A stretch of DNA of 64,000 bases, from contig BCGN01000002.1 in assembly GCA_001599295.1 (NCBI GenBank), positions 1,178,001-1,242,000 on the forward strand, given 5' to 3'. Within the stretch, counting starts at the first letter, position 1. The number at the start of each line of letters is the position of its first letter. The notes under the pieces were generated by a model. It ran no database searches. It was not told the origin of the DNA and saw nothing but the letters and a program-made list of their open reading frames with translations. The position numbers and the translations under genes are program-made. This document shows, piece after piece, positions 1 through 11,849 of the stretch. This DNA comes from Sporopachydermia quercuum. Its lineage: Eukaryota.

Positions 1-567
1 TCTTCTGTTCTTCACTAATGACATCTAAGGCTCTAGCCGCTAGAGTTCGAAGGGTTCCACCAGTGAAAGTGCGAGATATTGCTTTATGACTAACTATTTC
101 AGCAGGATCCGTTATTGGTGCAAGCAATTCCTCAAGTTTGATGTTAGCAAGAATATCCCCTTCATCAATTCCATTTTCCTGATTATCGGTATCATTCGTA
201 GATTCTTCATCATCTGCATTCCTTATTTTTCTTTTCTTATATAATATTGGTCTTTTGAACCCTTTATATGAAGCATAACCATATCTAGAGGTCGACANAG
301 TAGTACTACCCATTCTTCCTTCATGGATTTGAGATGCCCCTCTTTTTAACTTAAGACCCCTGTTGGGAACACCTTCTTCAATTGATGAAGCATCAGAATC
401 AACATCTTCTTCTTCATCTCCTCGCTTCACCGCTTCCTTGAATTTTCTAAAAAAGAAACAAATAAAAAGTTAGCATCAATAAATTCCCACTATACTAACT
501 AAAATCAAACCACAATCAAATATCAATTAACATACGCTATACTAGCAAGGCTCTTCTGATCAATCAT
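1..567 (-). CDS. RXT2: Rpd3L histone deacetylase complex subunit Rxt2 (5' part; runs off window start). Exons 567-536, 446-<1
   Basis: Not in ORF track. ATG 567; GTATG donor 535, TGCTAAC branch, TAG acceptor 447. Spliced translation MIDQKSLASIAKFKEAVKRG...PNRGLKLKRGA...IKLEELLAPITDPAEIVSHKAISRTF resembles the RXT2 N-terminal motifs (NRG.KL; LEELLAP). Confidence 0.8.
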
Positions 568-713
568 GGTATATCACTGTTATTAGTTCGAGGTGATACT
601 TGCAGACTTGCATTCAACGAAACAATTTCAACATAAAACCAGCTAGTCAAATTAACTAAAACAAAATCCCTTGAGTCGGTCTCATTCATTCCCGTCTCAT
701 GAAGTTAGCACTA

Positions 714-990
714 TTTCGTGATAATGTAGGAACACCTAATTAGCAGGTCGAGAAAAACTGGTTATGAAGAGATAGAAATTTAATCACCCACAATTACATT
801 AGGGAGGATGAGAGTCCCATATGGGGGGGTATCTTTTGATGAAGATGAGATCACATGTCAGAGAAGTTTGATAATAAACGATTATATAACCATTTAAAAT
901 GTTACCCGGAAGCCACGAATTGGTTTCCCAAGAACTCAAACACGAAATGAAATCAGTCGCCAAATCATTTTTGTTATACGTACCGCGTCT
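714..990. promoter_or_regulatory. RXT2/POL30 divergent promoter with SCB-like (CACGAAA) and Reb1-like (TTACCCG) sites
   Basis: TTTCGTG at 714-720, TTACCCG at 902-908, CACGAAA at 941-947, MCB-like CGCGT near 984. This fits a G1/S-regulated PCNA gene, but the motifs are short. Confidence 0.4.
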
Positions 991-1175
991 TAGTAGTCTA
1001 TTGTTCTTTATTCGTTTTCTGTCACTTGTTATTCTTTTACTTCTTTACGATTGTTTTGCTTTCAATACGTCAAAGATATTTGTCTTTAGTTTTATTTAGA
1101 GAACGAGATATTTTGAAGAACACATTCATTTTGTATTAGTTTTCTAATTCCCAATCTATATATAAAAATCGCAAG

Positions 1176-2019
1176 ATGTTGGAGGGAAAATTCGATGAAG
1201 CTTCTTTATTGAAGAAGGTACGTAATTTATGATTTTTGGAGCAATCAATGACATCGATGAATCCAATACTAACAGTGATTTAATTAGATTGTTGATGCTA
1301 TCAAGGATTCAGTCCAATTATGCAATTTCAACTGCACAGAAGAAGGAATCGCTGTTCAGGCAGTTGATGATTCCCGAGTTTTATTGGTGTCTCTGTTGAT
1401 CGGAGCTGATGCTTTCACTGAATACAGGTGTGACAGAAGCATAACTCTCGGTGTTGACTTGAATCCATTTTCAAAAGTTATCAAATGTGGTGACAATGAT
1501 GATTTCTTGACTTTAATCGCTGAAGATAACCCAGATTCCATTAGATGTGTTTTTGAAGATAAGAAGAAGGATAGAATTTCAGAATACTCCTTGAAGTTAA
1601 TGGACATTGACTCTGATTTCTTGAAAATCGATGATATGGATTATAGCGCTACGATTACTATGCCTTCAAGTGATTTTGCCAGAATTTGCCGTGATTTAAA
1701 AACTCTTAGTGAATCATTAACCGTAGACGTTACTAAAGAAACTGTCAAATTCTCCACTGAAGGTGAACTGGGAACTGGTAATGTTGTCATCAAACCATTT
1801 ACGGATTTAGATAATGCTGATAACTCTGTAAGAATTCAGTTATCTGATCCCGTTAATTTGTCTTTTGGCCTCAAATACTTGAATGATATCATCAAAGCCA
1901 CCAACTTATCATCTACAGTTACTATCAAGCTCATCAATGAAGCACCAGCATTGTTCGAATACAAAATTCCTGGAGGTCATCTAAGATTTTTCTTAGCCCC
2001 TAAGATTGAAGACGATTAA
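1176..2019 (+). CDS. POL30: Proliferating cell nuclear antigen (PCNA). Exons 1176-1217, 1288-2019
   Basis: MLEGKFDEASLLKK|IVDAIKD..., AVDDSRVLLVSL, SLKLMDIDSDFL, RFFLAPKIEDD. Intron GTACGT...TACTAAC...TAG. Confidence 0.98.
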
Positions 2020-2160
2020 ACATTTCGACTCAATTACTGTTAAAATCTGCTTTTAAATATGTACACTTGACCATAGCCTATCACGAAATAATATCACAAA
2101 ACCATCTATTAGTAATCTATTTACAGAAAAATGCTTACATGCCATGCTAACCAAACTCAT

Positions 2161-2862
2161 TCATTTATCAAAGGGTTGTAGAAATTTAGATCGAACTGTG
2201 GCAGGCTCCTTAATAGGTAATAACAATCGATATGCATCACTGTCATTTAAATAGTAGTGAAACTTTCTCTTTACTCTGATAAACCCCATTTTCTCATATA
2301 ATCGCAAAGCAGAAACGTTATCAACTTCTGTTTCTAGCATTATTTCATCCGCATTTTGTTCTATCATGCTATCAATAACTATTTCAACCAATTTCGAAGC
2401 TAAGCATTTTAGTATATTATCTTTATAGCAGATTTCTTCAGTCAATCATCAAAACACCACTAAACCAATACCTACCTATTCCTTTACCTCGAAATTCCTT
2501 CTTCACCGAGATCATACCTATGTATCCTCTTAACCTCACCTCTCTATGTTGTTCTAGTTTACATATGACTACTCCAACTGGTTCCCCATCACAATATGCC
2601 TTCATCATCACGTTAGTCTCACCATCTAAAGCATTTTTTTATTTTTTTTTTTTTTTAATTTTTTTCTTCTAATAAACATCAAACTTCATAACTTCGACTT
2701 TCGACATACAAAATAACATAGTTCAGGCCACTGATTCAAAAAATAATGATACACATATACAGAGTATGGCTCCGAGAGATCTTTTGAAATCAAATCCGAT
2801 GCAATTGAAATATCATCAGTTTCACCCTCCACATCGAACCGTCGATAAACAACTTCCCCCAT
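2161..2862 (-). CDS. MAK3: NatC N-terminal acetyltransferase catalytic subunit (Mak3/Naa30). Exons 2862-2710, 2599-2476, 2399-2161
   Basis: DLSEPYSVYVYHYFLNQWPELC; RGYIGMISVKKEFRGKGIASKLV; LETEVDNVSALRLYEKMGF...YYLNDSDAYRL. Two introns restore the frame. Confidence 0.95.
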
Positions 2863-3682
2863 TGCAACTACCTTAATCTCAATCTCAATCTCAATCGCAA
2901 TTTCAATTTCAATCCTAATCCCTAGGACAACCTCAACTTCTATTTCTATTCAAATACAATACAATAAGGTTCTAAACCCACAAAAAAATCCAAGTCTCCT
3001 ATTTCTCGATCAACTATCATCAGTCCTATTAATAAGTCTTCGTTTTCCTCTCATTTCCTATGCCATGGATGCCATATGCCTATTGTATTTTTCATGAATA
3101 ACGTAATATGACCTTCTACATCTCAAGATAACAAGATCCCCTCTACCAAAAGAGCTGATGGTCATCTCATTAGACACCCTGTATTGAGACAGTTTAGTGT
3201 TGCCCCTTTCAGATAACTATCTAACCAGGAACTAATATTTTGGATTGTGAAGGGAACAGAAATAATAATAAAGCCCCCCAGTGTTCAACATTGTTTGCTA
3301 ATAATCTTGGTGGACTAGAGCAGATTAAGAGGAGTTTTTATTTTTTGTTGACTGTTTCTGTTTATTGAAAATAAGCTTTTGATAAAGAGATAGACAGATC
3401 AAGAAGTGTCTTTAACATTAGCATAAGAAGCTTTGAATCTTATCACTTGAGTAGACAGATTGGCTAAGTCAATAATGAATTAGCAGTTTGAAAGAAGATC
3501 CACTAAGATAATTGATCAATAAGCTTTTCCTTTATTGTGCGAATCGCATTTGAGAATCGGAATTAATGACTGAGAAAGGCGTTTTTTAATTGCAGTAGTT
3601 AATCTTTTCCTAATCAAATAAACTAATCAAGCCTTGGGTGCGGGAATGAGATGGGAGAGATTGAATTGGTAGTTCGGTAACA

Positions 3683-6600
3683 ATGTCAGTTAATCAGCAG
3701 ATAATAACTCTAAGCGATGCTATTTTTGGTATTAGACATACAGTAGAGATTCAAGCTGTTAAAGATTTAACAAGTTTGCAAAAATGGGTGAAAAATAAAT
3801 TCCATGTTGATGAAAGTAAACAGTGTTTATTCACAACTGAGGGAGAGTTTGTTGGGGACCATCATGTTGTAGAGGGTCAAATGATCTTTCTCATAGACAT
3901 ATCGATTCCTTATCGGAATGACTCATCGACTGAGAGTCGTTTCATGAATAATAAGAAGAGCTCAGCGTTGAAATCATTTCCTCAATTTGATAAATTACTG
4001 ATGAAAGACTCAGGCAAGACTGAGTTAATGCATTTATTGAAACAAAGATTGCAGTGGGTCCAAGACCTGGTTCAAGATGTAGAGAGTGTTGGGCAAGATT
4101 TAAGTGAGAAACTATTACAAGCAGAAAATGTGAAAGAAGGTATAGGTGCAGCAATCAATTGTATCACTAGATTCTCAANGTCTATTGAACAGTATTTAGT
4201 AGATGTCCAAACTAACTTTAATGAATTGAATACCAATGATCAACTACGAGCTTGGAAGCTTAACAACAAAATATTCAAGCTTATAACGTTCCCTGGAACT
4301 AAGGTCAAAAACTCCAACATATTTGGGGGAGCTGTTGGTAATTCATTCTATGATATAATGAAAGGAGATAAACTGAATCAAATGGTGAATGATATTGAGA
4401 CCTCTGAAAGGAATATAAAAGCAGAAGTATCTGCCATCGAGGATGAAATAAATATTGACACTTTACTTCCTGACGATTTAAGAGGTGATGTGTTAACTCT
4501 TTATGAAGAAGAAGGAGTTGGAGAATTTGATTCTAATAGATACTCACAGTTGATAAATTCAATGAATGAATATATTCGACAAGTTCAGGAGGATATCTCT
4601 CATTATAATGAAATGATGTACAATGCGAAGTACTCAGACTTTATATCAGAAATTCAAAGTGATGAAACCAAAGAAAAAGATGATATGATAATGGATAATC
4701 TATCGGGTTTGTATCGTGAGGTTTATAAACTAAGCACCGTTTGGAAAGATAAGCAAACAATTTTAATAAAGAAGGCTTTGCCGTATTATAGACATTTGTT
4801 ACGAACGATGAATACAGAGCNTCAAGTGAGGGATCAACTAGTTGATATTGCAAAAGACTTACAACAACTGAACCATCATGTTGAACTATTCACATCAGCG
4901 AATGAATTACCTATTTTACAAGGGTTAAAGATGATTGAATTATACAGACAAAATAGTTGGGATTCCAAGTTAAAGGATGAAATAAGCATTTTGTCTGAGA
5001 GTTTTTCGCTCGAGCAAGTAAAAGAGCGGAAGAAACGAAAACACTGGATATCAACAATTGGATCTGGTTTGAATAAAACTTGTTTGGAAGATTCATCTGA
5101 AATTTCTAAACTGAGCGAAGATATGTTGAGAATCCCCACAGTTGAAATAAATATCATATCTGACAAAGCATCTTCCTCTCAAAAAGATTCTGTTGTATCA
5201 TCAGAAACGATTATTGATTATATAAATGAGCTAAAGAAATTGAAGATCGATGGTGTTGAACTGTTGGAAAAGAGTTTGAATGATTCGCATAGGAAGAAAG
5301 GTGTCTTGTCCGTGAGCAGCAGTACATCCGATCTCAATAGAAGTATACATGCATTTAATAAGAATACCAACAGTGTGGAACTCTACAAACCAATGTCTGA
5401 ATTAGATGTTATAAAAAGATCAAGACAAACGTCTAGGCAACTTCAGCATTTTGTCAATGACGGCTCAAAATCCCCAAGAAAATCAGATAGTCCTGGTCTG
5501 TCACCCTCAACTTCTGCTAACAAAAGCTCAGATTTAAATGATTCAGAGGAAGTCAAATTGCTAAGAAAAGAGTTAGCAGCAAGTAAACATAGATGTGCCA
5601 AAATGGAACATTTGCTTCATCAGGCTCATTTGAAGAATATGTATCAAGGTACAGAAAATGATAATGGTAGTAAGGCCTCATCATTGGAAATTTCACACCC
5701 TCCTTTTAGCACTCAGGGTACAGATAAAGCTGAGAAGATCAAACAACTAGAAGAAAGAAACCAATATCTGGAAAGACAATTAACTGATAAACAATCAGAA
5801 AATGAAGAAAGAAAAGAAGTTCTGAAGAAGGAGATTTTTGCAAGGAATGAGATATCTCAAAAACTGACACAAAGTCAGGCCGACAATGCTAAATATCTTA
5901 CAAAGTTAAAAGATTTAGAAAAATTACAGCAAAGATGTGAAGCTGAAAACAGATTAATCAGTACATATCTTTTAGGATTTATAAGTAAAAGCCGTGAAAT
6001 GAGTGATAGAATGGCTTACTGGTTTCAAAAGACATGCAGCCTGCTTGAATATTTAGGTTATCGAATTCATTTCCATGAGGGTTCTATGCATGAAATTGTT
6101 CGGAATAAATCTAGTGACGTGAAAGAATCCGAAGTTATCAATCAAAACCCTGACCAGAGTTCAACTAAATCAAAAGAGCAAAGAGATCGTTTTATTTCAA
6201 CAGAAGATCTAAACGAATTAAAACATTGGATGGACTCAATCGAGTTCAAATCTATCGACAAAGTACCCCTTGATTCTAATTTTGATGATATACAAGCAAC
6301 AGCAAGTGACACTGATTTAATTAATGCTTCATCTGTTGACGAAAATGGAAATGCAAATGTAATTCTTAAAAATTCATCATTTGATGTTCTTCAGTTGAAG
6401 TATGAACTATTCATGGATAGAATTAATATTGATTTCAATGAAGTTCGCAGTCTTATAGGAAAAAGATTTAAAGCAATCAACATCGTGGCCAAGAGAAATA
6501 TAGAACAAGTTAAATTATTGCAACAGAAGCGACTTTGTATTGATCTGGATGATGCAAAGATTGGCAATATGTTCTTGTTTACACCGGTTGAATTCAAAGG

Positions 6601-6910
6601 AATAAAGCCTAATGACGCTTCATCATTAAATCCTTGGAGTGCATTTATAGTGAATTTGAATAACAAGGATAATGTTCAGATATATGTCGGGGAAGTAGGA
6701 ATGTGGATAAATGATGCACAAATAAAGCCTAGTCAATTGAGTGGAAAGGAATGGATAGTTGGAAGCTTTCGCAGTTGTGAGCATAAAGTTGTCACGTCAA
6801 ATCAAGACATGCAAGAAAACATTGCATCTATTGAGGGTAACCATAATCCTTTTGGATTATCAGTTGGAACAAAATGGATACATGCTACAATAGACATAAT
6901 TTACTGGTAA
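3683..6910 (+). CDS. ATG11: Selective-autophagy scaffold Atg11
   Basis: 1075-aa coiled-coil ORF with C-terminal claw-like motifs (LFTP...NPWSAF...WIVG...NPFGLSVGTKW). Divergent from MAK3, as in S. cerevisiae. Confidence 0.88.
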   Translation: MSVNQQIITLSDAIFGIRHTVEIQAVKDLTSLQKWVKNKFHVDESKQCLFTTEGEFVGDHHVVEGQMIFLIDISIPYRNDSSTESRFMNNKKSSALKSFPQFDKLLMKDSGKTELMHLLKQRLQWVQDLVQDVESVGQDLSEKLLQAENVKEGIGAAINCITRFSXSIEQYLVDVQTNFNELNTNDQLRAWKLNNKIFKLITFPGTKVKNSNIFGGAVGNSFYDIMKGDKLNQMVNDIETSERNIKAEVSAIEDEINIDTLLPDDLRGDVLTLYEEEGVGEFDSNRYSQLINSMNEYIRQVQEDISHYNEMMYNAKYSDFISEIQSDETKEKDDMIMDNLSGLYREVYKLSTVWKDKQTILIKKALPYYRHLLRTMNTEXQVRDQLVDIAKDLQQLNHHVELFTSANELPILQGLKMIELYRQNSWDSKLKDEISILSESFSLEQVKERKKRKHWISTIGSGLNKTCLEDSSEISKLSEDMLRIPTVEINIISDKASSSQKDSVVSSETIIDYINELKKLKIDGVELLEKSLNDSHRKKGVLSVSSSTSDLNRSIHAFNKNTNSVELYKPMSELDVIKRSRQTSRQLQHFVNDGSKSPRKSDSPGLSPSTSANKSSDLNDSEEVKLLRKELAASKHRCAKMEHLLHQAHLKNMYQGTENDNGSKASSLEISHPPFSTQGTDKAEKIKQLEERNQYLERQLTDKQSENEERKEVLKKEIFARNEISQKLTQSQADNAKYLTKLKDLEKLQQRCEAENRLISTYLLGFISKSREMSDRMAYWFQKTCSLLEYLGYRIHFHEGSMHEIVRNKSSDVKESEVINQNPDQSSTKSKEQRDRFISTEDLNELKHWMDSIEFKSIDKVPLDSNFDDIQATASDTDLINASSVDENGNANVILKNSSFDVLQLKYELFMDRINIDFNEVRSLIGKRFKAINIVAKRNIEQVKLLQQKRLCIDLDDAKIGNMFLFTPVEFKGIKPNDASSLNPWSAFIVNLNNKDNVQIYVGEVGMWINDAQIKPSQLSGKEWIVGSFRSCEHKVVTSNQDMQENIASIEGNHNPFGLSVGTKWIHATIDIIYW

Positions 6911-7129
6911 CACTATATTATATAACACAATTAATAAATTTCAATTTATTAATACGGTTTCCTAGTAGTACATAGAAAAGTTTCACCCAACATCAAACCG
7001 TAAAACAAAAACTTCTTTAGAAAAATAAAGCCAACCATTACAATTACACAGGACACGCCAGAAAGTATCTAATAGCATAACAGAATCATACCAAGATTTC
7101 TCTTGCCAATCCTTTTAATCACAATTTAT

Positions 7130-7483
7130 TTAATACTTATTGGCCAAATATTGAGCCTTTTCACTTTCATAACGTTTCTTATCTGTTTCAGCCTTGAGCA
7201 GATAAGGAGCTTTTTCAACATCAGAAAGAGCCTTCCATCTTTCACCTAAAATTTTACCAACTTGTCCGAAGGCGATACCAGGGTTTTGTTCACGAACAAT
7301 ATCTCTATTCTCATTAGCGAAGAACATGTAAGCAGACAATGATCTCTTAGGAGCATTAGGGTCTATCGATTGTTAGTTATCATTATTCACATTCATATCT
7401 TTTATTCATAAGCTTGCAAAATTTATCTTACCCTTCTTTCTTCTACCAGACTTGGTTCTCTTTCTAGTATCGTCCTTCACCAT
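7130..7483 (-). CDS. NHP6: HMG-box chromatin protein Nhp6. Coding exons 7483-7432, 7362-7130
   Basis: [63 protein letters not shown]. Intron GTAAGA...AACTAAC...TAG. Confidence 0.97.
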
Positions 7484-7681
7484 CTACAGTTATGTTAGTA
7501 TTCATTCAATCTGCATTATTTATTTATCATATGAAAAGAAATGAGATGAGATGGCATGTGTATTTGTTTACACANATAGTATGGGGTTATACTATGATAC
7601 AATCAATCGTCAATCATTTCTATCTTTATCTATTTCCTTTTCACGTTTTCTCTGTTAATTAATAATCAAATCATTACATAC
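7484..7681 (-). other. Probable 5'UTR intron of NHP6
   Basis: GTATGT donor at 7681; TACTAAC branch then TAG acceptor immediately before the ATG (TGTAG|ATG). Confidence 0.75.
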
Positions 7682-9491
7682 TTTGCTTTTCCAATTGTTT
7701 TTATTGTTTAGGAAAAGAATACTTATTAGTTTTCAGTTTCGATGTGTTTNTATCCTAACACTGTATTTATGTATTTCCTAGCAAGTTTATAATTTGTATG
7801 CGGAAATTATTAAAGTAAATAACTAACGCCAGCGCCTTAACTATGTGTGGTACTAAGGGAAAAAGAGAGGGAGTGTTTGTAAGGGGATTCACCTTGTATT
7901 ATATTGTGTTACTGTGTGAATCTATGTGGTGGTTTTTTTACTAGCGTAAAGTTTGTTTGTTTTGTTTGTACTAAATTTATGTACAAACTCAAGTTTACAT
8001 TTTGTACTTTATCCTTGACTTTATACACAACCACGTAGTAATTTCCATTGTTAGTAATAGTAGTCCTAAATACTGGCTAATTATTACTAACCCTTCATTA
8101 CTACTAGGGAATCATAGAAACTAAAGAGACTGGTGCTACACAATTGATGGAAATGGAGATTAATTTTAAGTGATAATAGTTCGAATGAAAATATGTCTAT
8201 TGTTAATAGAGGAGTCAAAATATAGGGAGATGAATTTATTATATTTAATCAATGTATGCTATGGCATAGTATGTAATCAATTAATTTTGCACTTTAATAG
8301 ATTGTAGTGTAGTATATGTATGTATTCTTAGATTATGTATATGTATTATGATAAGTTTATATGAAAACTTAGTAAAGTACCTTCAAGAAACCACCAATAG
8401 GACTGGGGTTCAACATCGACATTACCATTTAATTACTTTCGGTTTATACGTCCTTGTATGAATTATATGCTACGAATAGAAAATCATTTATTCTGAGAAT
8501 GTATATTTACTTCTGCATTTACATTAACTGCATCTCAACATCCTATTGCTGTTCTATGAAGGCTAGAGGATAATCTGCTCATAGCCATTGTGCTTCGAGT
8601 AGACCCTTTTCCCTTCACTGCGAAAGTTAAGAATTACCACCACTGTTCGTCAACATGCAGACCCCTTATTGTTAGTAGCCTCTGTTTTAAGGAAATACAG
8701 TTAAAATCATGCAGCAAAACCAAACACTTGAAATCTCCTCATGAGATTCCATTAAATAAACCTTTCAGACTATTCATTATCACAGGAATTGAATTCCAAT
8801 ACGCGACACAATGAAACTAAGAATCAATCGAGAATCAAAAATCAAAATCTGAATAAAGCAATCGGAGTTCTTTAGCAAACAGTTGCATGATGGGAAATGT
8901 AGCATATCGTAACACACTCTAGCCAACATTAGTGTGGTCTATCTATATAATGTCTTAATGGGATAAACAGAGAATATGCAGTAATATGCAATGACTCACT
9001 TATTTTGGGTTGATAGTGATAATTATTCCTGTGAGCCTATGCATCTAGACCGCTTTCTCTCTAACCATAGCCACCAGGATATCGTTTACGCTGTGGTCTA
9101 ATAATCACACACGTTCCATGAAGTAATTAGTAGGGGGTACTTTTGGGAACGCTTTTTATACTTAAGCAGATACTAAATCTGACCGCCTCCTAAAGATAAT
9201 AATGGAAGGAGACTTGATATCAACAAATTTATTCTTAAAAGGATTACATAAACAAAGGTGACGCGACAATAAAGGAGCTATGGGACTCGTGGTTTATACA
9301 GGGTAAACTCAGAAATGGATTGCATAGATCTCAAGTGTCCAATTGATTACGAATTACAAATGATCCATTATTATATTTTGATCTACTATTCATTATAAAT
9401 TCATCATAAGTTAGATTAGAAGAAATAGTAATTACATTAACAAGTTTACCAAATAAGTAGGTAATTAATTTTATACTTCAAAGAAACTCAT

Positions 9492-11849
9492 TTAATAGGC
9501 ACCCCATTCACGAGCTTGTTGATAGCCCTGGTAGTTGTAACCGTAAGGTTGAGGTGGTGTATATTGATATTGCTTACTAGCATCCAAAAAGTCCACGTTA
9601 ACATTACCAGCAGAACCGTCTTCTCCAGAGGCACCATTAGCAGGTTGTTGTGCACCTGCGCTTTGAGCTTGAGGTTGGGCAACTTGGGCTTGGCCTGAAG
9701 CTTGGCCAGGAACTTGGCCAGGAACTTGACCAGGAACTTGACCTGCAGTTTGGCCAACTTGAGATTGGGCTTGACTCAAACCATATTGATCATATCCTTG
9801 ATAAGCCTTCTGACCAGTTTGTTGGTTATAATGAGGAAATTGTCCCGGGGGTTGATTGAAAAAATGATAGTAATTGTAGTACATAGGCATTTGATAGTAG
9901 GGTTGTTGGAATGGAGGAGGAACAGGAGGAACAGAACCAGCAGCTGGTGAAGTCTCAACTCCATATTGGGCTTGACCAACTTGACCTGGTTGACCCTGAG
10001 GTTGACCTTGAGGTTGACCTTGAGGTTGACCTTGTTGGGATTGAGATGGAGTTTGTCCAGTTTGTCCTTGAGTTGCAGCTTCATATCCACGACTATCTCT
10101 GGCAGACCCATTACCATATTGATTATACATATTATATGATTGTCTGTTCATATCATAACCGTAATCCATAGATGGATATCCAGGGTAAGCTGGTCCATTA
10201 GATTGGTAGTTGTAATTATATGGTTGGGGTACGGGTTGCGGTTGTTGAGGCTGTTGGGGTTGTGATTGTTGACTTTGAGATTGAGCTTGTTGAGAGATTC
10301 CTTGAGTTTGTTGAGAAGCTTGTGATTGTTGTCTTTGGTCTTGATAAATTTCGTTATAGTGTCCAAAATTATTATACTGTCTTTGTTGCTGTTGTTGAGC
10401 TTGCTGTTGTTGCTGTTGAGCTTGTTGTTGTTGTTGATATAGATATTGCTGTTGAGCTTGCTCAGCAGATGAAGGCTCTTGGGTTTGTTGTCCTGTAACA
10501 CTTTGACCTGATTCACTTTCAGCAATATTTAAGGAACCAAAAGAAATTCCAACACGCTCAACATGAGAAGCATTGTTTGGTAAAATAACAGGTCCTTCTT
10601 GATTAAATCTTCTAGGGAATCTAGTTTGACCAGATGTAGTTGACTGAGATGATTGACTGTTGCTAGTAGAAGAGTCTAAAACTTTAACGTTGGTAACAGA
10701 TGAAGGCAAAACATCAGCTGAGCCAACAGTACTATTAACATCAACCTCCGATGCAACAGAGGACGTAGGAATATGCACAGATACATCCGGGACATTTCTC
10801 AAATGTTCTTCAGTCAAATCTGAAGCAGATGTAGCATCGTTAGCCATAGTGCTTTCTTCAACAACTTCTTCTTCTTCAGGCTTTTCAGTTTCAACATATG
10901 TACTTTCTTCTTTCTCTTCTACTTCTTCAGTTTCTTCTTCAGTAGGAGNTTCCACTTTTTCTTCTACTTCTTCTGCTTGTTGTTCTGAAGGTGCCACTTC
11001 CTCAGTGACAAGAGCAGGCTTCACTACGGGTTTCTTAGAGCCTGAAGCGGCAATAGCAGCCCAAGTAAGCTTTTTTGATTTTGGTTCATTATTGTCTTCG
11101 GTTTGTTCAACTTCAACAACATTCTCCACAACAGGTTCTGTCGGTTTATTTTCAACTTCATCTTCAGGAATAACTTCTGATTCAGCCACACTTTCAATTG
11201 GTTCTTCAAAAGGAACTTCATCTTGTAGTGGTTCATTCTCTTGAACAGATGACTGTTGTANATGTTTCGGTTGCTTAGGTTGTGACAAAGCAGCAGCCCA
11301 TGAAGGCTTTCCGTTTGACTGTGATTTTGTAGATGTGGTGTTGGAGACATCATTTAATGACCTGCTTGTCTCAGGAGCATCTGTAGTTGTAGTGACAGGG
11401 TCTCTTGCATTCTTATATGTGGGCTTTGGCTTACTGGACTTGCCCTTCGATGGAAATGACTTGGCGGCCGGAGCATTCTTGCCCTTTGGTTTATATGGAG
11501 TTTTAGTTGAGCTATCAACAGAAGTAACACTTATTGGTTCCTCCTTCTTGGTCTTCTTCTCTTTCGGTTGCTTTCTCTTAACTTCACCCCATTGAGAAGC
11601 ATGACCTTCTGTAATTCTTATAACAGCATCTTCAATACTGCCATCTGTTTCTGACAAAACGTATAGCAGATCAGTTTCAGACCAATCGGGGAATAGTTCT
11701 ACCAGACTACTCAAATGCGACCCAAATCGGCTTTTTAATTTGAATGTTTCATCGTCTAATGTCCTGGAGGAATCTCCTCCTCTACCACTTCGGCGTTGTC
11801 CGTAAGATCGCCCGGTCCTTGACCTAGGCGTATTTGTTTCCGTAGACAT
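9492..11849 (-). CDS. DEF1: RNA polymerase II degradation factor Def1 (CUE domain, acidic middle, Q/P/Y/G-rich C-terminus)
   Basis: N-terminal CUE-like LVELFPDWSETDLLYVL...DAVIRITEGHASQWGEVK; SWAAAL/TWAAIA motifs; polyQ, PQGQ and PGQV repeats. Confidence 0.88.
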   Translation of the reverse strand: MSTETNTPRSRTGRSYGQRRSGRGGDSSRTLDDETFKLKSRFGSHLSSLVELFPDWSETDLLYVLSETDGSIEDAVIRITEGHASQWGEVKRKQPKEKKTKKEEPISVTSVDSSTKTPYKPKGKNAPAAKSFPSKGKSSKPKPTYKNARDPVTTTTDAPETSRSLNDVSNTTSTKSQSNGKPSWAAALSQPKQPKHXQQSSVQENEPLQDEVPFEEPIESVAESEVIPEDEVENKPTEPVVENVVEVEQTEDNNEPKSKKLTWAAIAASGSKKPVVKPALVTEEVAPSEQQAEEVEEKVEXPTEEETEEVEEKEESTYVETEKPEEEEVVEESTMANDATSASDLTEEHLRNVPDVSVHIPTSSVASEVDVNSTVGSADVLPSSVTNVKVLDSSTSNSQSSQSTTSGQTRFPRRFNQEGPVILPNNASHVERVGISFGSLNIAESESGQSVTGQQTQEPSSAEQAQQQYLYQQQQQAQQQQQQAQQQQQRQYNNFGHYNEIYQDQRQQSQASQQTQGISQQAQSQSQQSQPQQPQQPQPVPQPYNYNYQSNGPAYPGYPSMDYGYDMNRQSYNMYNQYGNGSARDSRGYEAATQGQTGQTPSQSQQGQPQGQPQGQPQGQPGQVGQAQYGVETSPAAGSVPPVPPPFQQPYYQMPMYYNYYHFFNQPPGQFPHYNQQTGQKAYQGYDQYGLSQAQSQVGQTAGQVPGQVPGQVPGQASGQAQVAQPQAQSAGAQQPANGASGEDGSAGNVNVDFLDASKQYQYTPPQPYGYNYQGYQQAREWGAY

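Noticed and set aside
1384..2019. Alternative yeast CUG (Ser/Ala) code
   Set aside because: CTG codons occur at conserved Leu or aliphatic positions (PCNA LLVSL and GELG; TFB4 PSLLT), consistent with the standard code.
9488..11595. Many overlapping or antisense ORFs over DEF1
   Set aside because: Shadow frames produced by the repetitive Q/E/S-rich codons of DEF1.
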